Positions 29,645 to 36,679 of a stretch of DNA of 64,000 nucleotides are shown piece by piece (positions within the stretch are counted from its first letter, which is position 1; every line of letters begins with the position of its first letter). Under the pieces are notes generated by a model. That model made no database searches and was not told where the DNA came from. It saw only the letters and a program-made list of their open reading frames with translations. The DNA lies in NCBI GenBank assembly GCA_024223715.1, contig JAAEOA010000015.1:5500-69499 (forward strand). Direction: 5' to 3'. Made by a program: the position numbers and the translations under genes. This DNA comes from a bacterium (GTDB taxonomy: Bacteria; Krumholzibacteriota; Krumholzibacteriia; LZORAL124-64-63).

Positions 29645-30730
29645 TCAACCGTTTTTTGCAGCAAACTCACCCATGAAGTCAGCCAAAGCTTTGGCTCCGG
29701 CAACAGGCATGGAGTTATAAACCGAAGCGCGACAACCGCCTACGCTGCGATGGCCTTTCAGGCCGCTCATGCCGTTTTCAAGGGCTTCCGCTACAAATTT
29801 CTTCTCCAAATCTTCATTGGGAAGACGGAAAACAATATTCATCAGTGAGCGGCAGCTTTCATTGACCGGACAGCTGTAGAAGCCGCTGTCTTTGGCCATG
29901 GCACCATAAATAAGGCTGCTGCGCTCTTCGGCCATTTTTTCGGCAGCATCGAGCCCACCCTGATCTTCGAGCCACTTCAGGGTCTTCATGACCATGTAAA
30001 TGGGGAAAACCGGAGGAGTGTTGTACATGCTGTCTTTGGGAGCATGTGTGGCGTAGCTGAGGTATGCGGTCAGGTTGTCGCTGCTACGCTCGAGCAAATC
30101 TTCACGAATGATGACAATGCTGGTGCCTGCAGGACCGGCGTTTTTCTGAGCGCCGGCGTAAATGAGGCCAAACTGGCTGACATCAATTTTTCGGCTGACA
30201 AAGTCACTGCTCATGTCGCAAACCAAAGGCACATCGCCCGTATTGGGGAAGCTTTTCCACTGCACGCCACCAATGGTTTCGTTACTGGTCATGTGGAAAT
30301 AAGCAGCGCCGTCGTTGGCTTTCAGGCTGGAAACTTCGGGCAGGCTCATGAAGTTATCATCGCTGCCGTCGAAAACCACATTCACGGTTCCGATTTTTTT
30401 AGCATCGGCCATGGCTTTTTTCGCCCAGGCACCGGTCAGGGTAAGGTCGCACTGGCCACCAACACCCATCAGGTTCATGGGCACCATGCTGAATTGCATA
30501 GTGGCGCCACCACCAAGGAAGAGAATCTTGTAGTTATCGGGAACACCGTAAAGGCGACGAACCAGATCCATCGCTTCCATGTGCACAGCATCGTATTCTT
30601 TGCTGCGGTGACTCATTTCGATAAGGGACATGCCTTTGCCCTGGTAGTCCAGGAACTCAGCGGCAGCGGATTCAAGAGCGGGTACGGGCAAAGTACAGGG
30701 CCCGGCACTGAAGTTGAATATGCGGTTCAT
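29645..30730 (-). CDS. serC: Phosphoserine aminotransferase
   Basis: 361 aa. N-terminus FNFSAGPCTLP and PLP-lysine context YAGAQKNAGPAG. TAATG stop/start overlap with the upstream dehydrogenase gene. Confidence 0.9.
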   Translation of the reverse strand: MNRIFNFSAGPCTLPVPALESAAAEFLDYQGKGMSLIEMSHRSKEYDAVHMEAMDLVRRLYGVPDNYKILFLGGGATMQFSMVPMNLMGVGGQCDLTLTGAWAKKAMADAKKIGTVNVVFDGSDDNFMSLPEVSSLKANDGAAYFHMTSNETIGGVQWKSFPNTGDVPLVCDMSSDFVSRKIDVSQFGLIYAGAQKNAGPAGTSIVIIREDLLERSSDNLTAYLSYATHAPKDSMYNTPPVFPIYMVMKTLKWLEDQGGLDAAEKMAEERSSLIYGAMAKDSGFYSCPVNESCRSLMNIVFRLPNEDLEKKFVAEALENGMSGLKGHRSVGGCRASVYNSMPVAGAKALADFMGEFAAKNG

Positions 30731-31611
30731 TATTTGCCTCCCAGGAAGTTTTCAATGTGGTCGCAGACTTCTTCACCAATGCGCAGCAGGTTCTCTTTAC
30801 TCGAAGCACCGAGGTGCGGAGTCATGAACACATTGGGCGCGTCGAGCAATGGATAGTCTGCTGGTGGTGGATCTTTGGGCCATACGTCGGTGGCGTAACC
30901 GGCAACCTTGCCACTTTTCAGAGCAGCAACCATGTCATTGGCTTCAACAGTGAGGCCACGACCGGTATTGACGACAATAACGCCATCTTTCATTTTGCTG
31001 ATCACGTCGGCGTTGATCAGGTCACGGGTATCGTCAGTCAAAGGCAGGTGCAGGGAAATGTAATCGGCCTGGGCAACCATTTCGTCCAGGGTGCTAATCA
31101 TTTCCGCAACGCCACTGCTGTCCACATATTTATCGTAAGCGATGACTTTCATGCCGAAGGCTGTTGCACGAGTGGCCACTGCCTGGGCAATGTTACCAAT
31201 GCCCACCAGACCGAGGGTTTTGCCGTTCAGTTCGGTGCGTTTCATTTCCTTTTTTAACCATTCGCCGTTATGCATGCTTTCGTTGGCGCGGGCAATGTGG
31301 TTGGGAACGGAAATCATGAGAGCGAAAGCCAGTTCGGCCACGGCAATAGAGGGTGACTTGGGTGTATTGTGAACGATGATGCCCTTTTCTTTACAGTAAA
31401 TTTTATCGATGTTGTCGGTGCCAACGCCACCACGAATGATCATCTTCAGCTCGGGAGCGTTGTCGATGTATTCACGATCGCAGGTGGTTTTGCTGCGCAC
31501 GAGCACAACAGAGGCTTCGGCCAAACGGCCTTTATCGGTGGTTACAGATCCAAACTTTTCCAGCTTTTGGGCCAGGCCGGGATCGAAGGCATCGGAAATC
31601 AGAATCAACAT
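30730..31611 (-). CDS. serA: D-isomer 2-hydroxyacid dehydrogenase, probable short-form 3-phosphoglycerate dehydrogenase (no ACT domain)
   Basis: 293 aa. NAD-binding GKTLGLVGIGNIAQAV and catalytic-region TPHLGASSKE. Translationally coupled to serC. Confidence 0.75.
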   Translation of the reverse strand: MLILISDAFDPGLAQKLEKFGSVTTDKGRLAEASVVLVRSKTTCDREYIDNAPELKMIIRGGVGTDNIDKIYCKEKGIIVHNTPKSPSIAVAELAFALMISVPNHIARANESMHNGEWLKKEMKRTELNGKTLGLVGIGNIAQAVATRATAFGMKVIAYDKYVDSSGVAEMISTLDEMVAQADYISLHLPLTDDTRDLINADVISKMKDGVIVVNTGRGLTVEANDMVAALKSGKVAGYATDVWPKDPPPADYPLLDAPNVFMTPHLGASSKENLLRIGEEVCDHIENFLGGK

Positions 31612-31669
31612 GTTATTCTCCTTTTCGACTGTTTAGTTATTCGGGTTCAGTCTTTGTTCAATCTATTGT

Positions 31670-32908
31670 TCAGTTTTTCAGGCTGCGAACCAGAAGGCCG
31701 CTGCGCAGTTTTGGTTCAAACCAGGTGGATTTTGGTGGCATTACGGCGTCGGCATCGGCCACGGCCATAATTTGGGAAACGCTGGCTGGGGCAAAAGCAA
31801 AAGCCACGGCCATGTCTTCGTTACAGCGTCGTTCCAGTTCACCAAAACCACGGCTGCCGCCAATAAAGTCGATGCGTGAATCTTTGCGGGGATCGCCAAT
31901 GCCGAGCACGGGTTCGAGCAGCAATTCCTGCAAGATGGCAGCGTCCAGGCCGCGAACCGGATCGTCGGCAGGGAAGGTGCCGGGACGGGCTTTAAGGTTA
32001 TACCACTGACCGTCCAGGAACATGCCCCACTGGCGGTGGCCGTCAGGGCCGGGCTGGTCTGTTTCGGTCACGTCGAACAGATCTTTGACTTTTGCCAGGT
32101 AGTCTTCGCTGGACAAGCCATTCAGATCCTGCACAACACGGTGGTAACCCATGAGCTGCAATTCATCTTCACTGAACAAAACAGCCAGGAAGTGATTGTA
32201 GGCTTCGTCACCGGTGTGGTTCTCGTTGCGGTCGCGGTAAATGTCGCGCACCCGGTGAGCCGAAGCTGTGCGATGATGACCGTCGGCAACATAAAGAGCT
32301 TCAATACCAGCAAAGGCTTTTTGAATGGCGGCAATATCGTCGGCACCATTTACAACCCATACGGCGTGGCCGATTTCATCGTCAGCGGTGAAGTCTACGT
32401 CGGGGGCATTTTGAGTCAGACGTTCGATGATGTTGCGCACGGTGCTCTCGGGACGATAGGTGAACAGAACCGGACCTGCGTTAACACCCAGCAACTCCAT
32501 GTGCCGAGCTCTGTCGTCTTCTTTATCACGTCGGGTGAATTCGTGTTTTTTGATGGCGCCAGTGACGTACTCATCAACACTGCAGCCGACAGCCAACCCG
32601 AACTGGGTGTGATCGCCCATGGTCAGACGATAAATATAGAAGGCAGCCTGGTCGTCCTGAACCAGCACGTTGTCGCTGATCATGTCATTAAGATTTGCGG
32701 CGCTGCAGGCGTAAATTTTTTCGGGATCATTGGTATCGGGTTCAGGCAGATCGATTTCCGCTTTGACCACGTGTAAAAAGCTCAAGGGCTCTTCACCGGC
32801 CATTATGCGGGCTTCATCTGAGTTCAAAACATCGTAAGGGGGACTGGCCACGCGAGCGGCCACTTCAGTCCGGGGGCGGAAGGCGCGGAAGGGACGAATA
32901 TCAGCCAT
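31670..32908 (-). CDS. DUF1015 family protein
   Basis: 412 aa. The N-terminal IRPFRAFRP...ASPPYDVLN signature and the length match DUF1015 as I recall it. It lies 58 nt upstream of serA on the same strand. Confidence 0.8.
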   Translation of the reverse strand: MADIRPFRAFRPRTEVAARVASPPYDVLNSDEARIMAGEEPLSFLHVVKAEIDLPEPDTNDPEKIYACSAANLNDMISDNVLVQDDQAAFYIYRLTMGDHTQFGLAVGCSVDEYVTGAIKKHEFTRRDKEDDRARHMELLGVNAGPVLFTYRPESTVRNIIERLTQNAPDVDFTADDEIGHAVWVVNGADDIAAIQKAFAGIEALYVADGHHRTASAHRVRDIYRDRNENHTGDEAYNHFLAVLFSEDELQLMGYHRVVQDLNGLSSEDYLAKVKDLFDVTETDQPGPDGHRQWGMFLDGQWYNLKARPGTFPADDPVRGLDAAILQELLLEPVLGIGDPRKDSRIDFIGGSRGFGELERRCNEDMAVAFAFAPASVSQIMAVADADAVMPPKSTWFEPKLRSGLLVRSLKN

Positions 32909-33045
32909 GACAGACTCCTGATCATTAAACCGGAAAGTGGGACCTTTGCTGGAAAGAAAACACTTTCCCGCCCCAAAACCAAGAATATGTCAAAAAAATA
33001 TCGGGCTGTGGCAGGTGGCACCTTGTCGTTTTTCGTTCTGTCGGC

Positions 33046-35061
33046 TCAGTGAGCCATTAGGGCGGGCTTGATTTCCTTCAAATTCCATAGGGCATCTTCG
33101 TTTTTTGGATCTCTTTCGAGGATACCTTCCAGGATTTGAACGGCTTCCGGAATAGCCTTTTCCTGGTCGCAGGTTTGCCAGAGAGCGCAGGCCAAATTGT
33201 TAGCAGCCCGGTCAAAACCCGGGCTAAATTCCACAATACGGCGGAATACTCGTTGGGCTTCATCGAGACGGCCTTCATTAAAAAAGGCTTCCCCGCGTTT
33301 ATTCCAGTGATCTTTTTCCCAGTCCCAGAGGGCCAGGGTGGTCAGTCCGGGCAAAGGTTCGAAATGCAGAGCAGGAATGAAACCGAGGCATGCCAGGGCG
33401 TCCGGATTGATTTTCATATTTTGGGAATGCCCCACAGAAAGGTTCCATTTGCGGCGGAAAATTTCGTGGGTCTGGTCCAGCAGAGTGGAGTAATCGACCT
33501 TACCTTCCACAAAACTGCGGCTGCCAAAATGATGCACAAAGCTATCTGCGGCGATGATACTGTAGTAACCGGCCACAAATGCTCGCAGGCAATAGTCCGT
33601 GTCTTCATAATTGCCTTGCCCAAAACTCTCATCCAGTCCGCCAAGACGTTCCAGCAATTCACCTCGAATCAAAACACAGAATCCAACCACCCACATGAGT
33701 TTTTGGCTCTGGCCTTTGAGTTTTTCAGTCAATGTGTGGGCAAAGGAATCCATTCCTTCACAGGTGTTTTGGTCGTAACTCACGGAATCCAGTTTTTGAG
33801 GACCGGTAATGCTGTTGGTTAAAGGCCCCACAAGGCCGGCACTTGGCTGGGTGTGAAGGTGGGTGATCATGTTTTCCAACCAGCCTTCAGTTACCACGGT
33901 GTCGCTGTTGATAAGACAGACATGTTGTCCGCGAGCGGCTGCCATTCCCACGTTATTTCCTGCGGCAAATCCCAGGTTCTTCCCATTTAGAATGACCTTG
34001 ATCTGGCTGTGGGTTTGTTCCATTTCCAGAAGATAGTCGACAGTGTCTGCGTTGGAGCCATTGTCGACAAAGATAATTTCATGACGGCTGTCCGTGTGTT
34101 TCAGCAGGGAGGCGGCACACAGCTGTGTGTATTCCAGTGCATTCCAGGTAAGGACAATAACGGAGACGGTATCGCCATTCTTGTCGGTATTGTCTGGACG
34201 GCAGAGGCGTCTTTCGGGATAAAACTGCATTTGACTGTCGCTGGTGAGTTTGTATTCCTTTGCCTCATTCAAAATACAGTCGGCTTTTACCCGGCCTTTC
34301 CAGGTGTTGTTAAATAATGTCGTATTTTCTTTGACGTGAGACCATCGCTCGGGACCACTTTGGCTTTCAAAATGGTAGATCACACTCTCAGGACGATAAA
34401 CAATTTTAAATCCTTCGGCTCTGACCCGGAGGCAGAGATCAACATCTTCGTTGCCGTTCCAATATTGTGGGTTGAATCCGCCCAGCTTCAGGTGCAACTT
34501 GCGGCGAATAAGGAGGGCGGCTCCGGTTACTGCCTGAAAGTATTTGGGAAGATTGGCTTTGGGAGTGTGGGAAGGCTGTTTGTAATTGAGGTGCATGCCA
34601 AAAAGCTCAGATTCCGGATCGTGGGGTTTGCTCACAAGAGTGACGCCGCTGTGCTGAAGAGTTTCATCAGGAAAAAGTAATTTGGCCCCGACAATTCCAA
34701 CTTCCGGGTCATTTTCAAGGGTGGTTACCATGGGATCCAGCCAATTGGCTTTTACTGCCATATCGTTGTTCAGGAAGAGAATGTATTGGCCATTTGCTGA
34801 AGCCGCCCCGGCATTGCATCCATGGGCAAAACCCTGGTTTTCATGATTCAAAATGGCTTTACAATGCCCCTTGGCAACTTCTTGCCGGAGCCAGTCCGGG
34901 GTTCCATCGGTTGAGCCATTATCAACAACAATAAGTTCAAATGATGCCTGAGCCCCGTGTTCCAGAATGGAAGCGATGCAAACCTGAGTCAGTTCCAATT
35001 TATTGAAAACAGGAATGACGATGGAAACGTCAGGGCAACTGTCGTTATGACTCAAAGGCAT
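33046..35061 (-). CDS. Tandem family-2 glycosyltransferase with C-terminal TPR region
   Basis: The track ORF is 772 aa from ATG 35364. I prefer Met102 (ATG 35061), giving MPLSHNDSCPDVSIVIPVFNK. Two GT2 modules are present (VSIVIPVFNK...VDNGSTDGT; VSVIVLTWN...VDNGSNADT), each with downstream DxD-type regions. The tail is TPR-like (NNLACALWQ..., ALWNL). Confidence 0.8.
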   Translation of the reverse strand: MPLSHNDSCPDVSIVIPVFNKLELTQVCIASILEHGAQASFELIVVDNGSTDGTPDWLRQEVAKGHCKAILNHENQGFAHGCNAGAASANGQYILFLNNDMAVKANWLDPMVTTLENDPEVGIVGAKLLFPDETLQHSGVTLVSKPHDPESELFGMHLNYKQPSHTPKANLPKYFQAVTGAALLIRRKLHLKLGGFNPQYWNGNEDVDLCLRVRAEGFKIVYRPESVIYHFESQSGPERWSHVKENTTLFNNTWKGRVKADCILNEAKEYKLTSDSQMQFYPERRLCRPDNTDKNGDTVSVIVLTWNALEYTQLCAASLLKHTDSRHEIIFVDNGSNADTVDYLLEMEQTHSQIKVILNGKNLGFAAGNNVGMAAARGQHVCLINSDTVVTEGWLENMITHLHTQPSAGLVGPLTNSITGPQKLDSVSYDQNTCEGMDSFAHTLTEKLKGQSQKLMWVVGFCVLIRGELLERLGGLDESFGQGNYEDTDYCLRAFVAGYYSIIAADSFVHHFGSRSFVEGKVDYSTLLDQTHEIFRRKWNLSVGHSQNMKINPDALACLGFIPALHFEPLPGLTTLALWDWEKDHWNKRGEAFFNEGRLDEAQRVFRRIVEFSPGFDRAANNLACALWQTCDQEKAIPEAVQILEGILERDPKNEDALWNLKEIKPALMAH

Positions 35062-35156
35062 GAAAACTACCTCTTCTGGCCGAAATTTGGCCAAGTGAAC
35101 ATAGAAATAGGGCTTAATTGCTTGTCTGGGAGGGTGGTTGCAAGATTTGTGCGTTG

Positions 35157-35176
35157 GGTTGGTTGGTTGGTTGGTT
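35157..35176. repeat. Tetranucleotide microsatellite (GGTT)5
   Basis: Direct reading: ggtt x5 from 35157, followed by ggg. On the minus strand this is (AACC)/(CCAA)n. Confidence 0.9.
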
Positions 35177-35196
35177 GGGTTGTTGTGTGGTGTTGT

Positions 35197-35226
35197 GGTT
35201 GGTTGGTTGGTTGGTTGGTTGGTTGG
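35197..35226. repeat. Tetranucleotide microsatellite (GGTT)7GG
   Basis: Direct reading: seven perfect ggtt units at 35197-35224 plus gg. Confidence 0.9.
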
Positions 35227-35283
35227 AAGGTGGAATGGTGGCAGGTGGCTTGGTGGAATGGGTGGTAGGTGGATCGGTGGCAT

Positions 35284-35324
35284 GGTAGCAGGTAGCAGGT
35301 AGCAGGTGGCAGGTGGCAGGTGGC
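35284..35324. repeat. Heptanucleotide tandem repeat GGTRGCA (3x GGTAGCA, 2x GGTGGCA, 1 partial)
   Basis: Direct reading of ggtagca ggtagca ggtagca ggtggca ggtggca ggtggc. Confidence 0.9.
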
Positions 35325-35497
35325 GCCTAGTGGCCTGGTATTTCATTTCCAAAATTTTTGCCAAGCAAGATTTACGCCAGAGGCAAGGCGCAAGTCTTTG
35401 TTTTATCTATATTTAAGACATTTTCAGCCTTGCGGTTTTTGCTTTTTTTTCGTATAATGTTTTCATCCTCCCAGGCACCAAAATTAAGGACATTCTC

Positions 35498-36679
35498 ATG
35501 AATATTTTACCCCAATACCGCCCGGATCAATCCGCCAAAACAGTCGATCGTCAATTGAAGTCAGCACTCAAAATAAAAGAAGCTGCCCATCAATGTTCTT
35601 TGGATTGGTTTGGAGAAATCTATAATCGAAAACTATTCCAGGATCTTGGTTATGGATCAGTGAATCAGTATGCCCGAGAAGAGCTGGGTTTCAGCAATTC
35701 AAAAATCGGGCATTTTGTTACCCTGACCAAAAAGTTGGAAAAACTGCCGCAGCTGAAAAATTCCCTCAGCAAGGGTGAGTTGGGCTATACACTCGGCCGT
35801 GTCCTGGTCGATGTGGTTGATGCCACCAACGAAAAACAGTGGTTGAATTTTGCGAAGAAAAACTCCCGGCGGAAAATTGAAAATGAAGTAAAAAAAGCCA
35901 AGGTTGAAGCAAAGGAAAAAGCCAAAAGGCAGCCCTCTTTTTTGCCCAAACCGAAAAGGGAACAACTCAAAGCCGTTTTGCCCGTCAAAGTGAATTTAGA
36001 AATGACTCCCACCCAGTTTGCCCGATATGAAAAATTGTGGGAACAGGCGAGGAATCACCGCAGCATTTCATCTGACAAAATTGAGGCTCTTTTAGAAATT
36101 ATGGAAGGGTTTTTGGAGGGGGGAAACGAAGAAAAGATCGCTCCCCGGGGAGCGATTTCCAAGCCCTCGACTCAAATCCACATTCACCATTGCCCGGAGT
36201 GTGAATCTTCAAAAGTCCAGACCAGCAAAGGGGAACTGGAAATCAGCCAGGCAGACTTTGAGCGGGCGCAATGTGATTGCCAAATTGAAGTTTCAAATGA
36301 GGTGGCTGATGGTGAACTTGACCGAAACTTGACTCCGTCAATCAAACGAAACAAAACCTCAATTCCGCCAGCAACCCGTCGCCAGGTCCTGGCCAACGCC
36401 CGCCACAAATGTGAAACGCCAGGCTGCGAAAATACACGTTTTCTGGAAATTCATCACATTATTCCACGTTCAGCAGGCGGAACCAACAACCTTGAAAATC
36501 TGAAGTGTTTATGCTCTGCGTGCCACAGTCTGGCTCATTTCCATGGTGCAGGTTTTAAGGTTGGGGAAAACGCTGCAACTTATCGTTGGGACGAAGGAAA
36601 CCATGGGCCTTGTTACCATTCTTATTTGCTCAGAGTCATGCGCCCGGTTTTGGTTCCGTCAGGAGTATCGAGCCTGTAA
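35498..36679 (+). CDS. HNH endonuclease domain protein
   Basis: 393-aa ORF. C-terminal HNH motif CETPGCENTRFLEIHHIIPRSAGGTNNLENLKCLCSACHSLAH. An upstream Cys cluster HHCPECES...CDC is present. The N-terminal ~200 aa are helical and Lys-rich. Confidence 0.75.
   Translation: MNILPQYRPDQSAKTVDRQLKSALKIKEAAHQCSLDWFGEIYNRKLFQDLGYGSVNQYAREELGFSNSKIGHFVTLTKKLEKLPQLKNSLSKGELGYTLGRVLVDVVDATNEKQWLNFAKKNSRRKIENEVKKAKVEAKEKAKRQPSFLPKPKREQLKAVLPVKVNLEMTPTQFARYEKLWEQARNHRSISSDKIEALLEIMEGFLEGGNEEKIAPRGAISKPSTQIHIHHCPECESSKVQTSKGELEISQADFERAQCDCQIEVSNEVADGELDRNLTPSIKRNKTSIPPATRRQVLANARHKCETPGCENTRFLEIHHIIPRSAGGTNNLENLKCLCSACHSLAHFHGAGFKVGENAATYRWDEGNHGPCYHSYLLRVMRPVLVPSGVSSL

Noticed and set aside
30044-32776. 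Plus-strand ORFs of 166-270 aa opposite serC, serA and DUF1015
   Set aside because: They are antisense to three genes with strong family motifs and operon structure, and have no independent support.
35131-35327. Repeat tract as a CRISPR array
   Set aside because: The units are 4 and 7 nt with no spacers and no cas genes. This is microsatellite DNA, not CRISPR.
35062-35364. 101-aa Pro/Thr/Asn/Gln-rich N-terminal extension of the glycosyltransferase ORF
   Set aside because: The coding strand here is almost purely C/A, so it cannot encode stop codons, and an open frame is expected by chance. The GT2 domain begins right after Met102, as in typical GT2 proteins. It is kept only as an alternative (phase-variable long isoform) in the findings.
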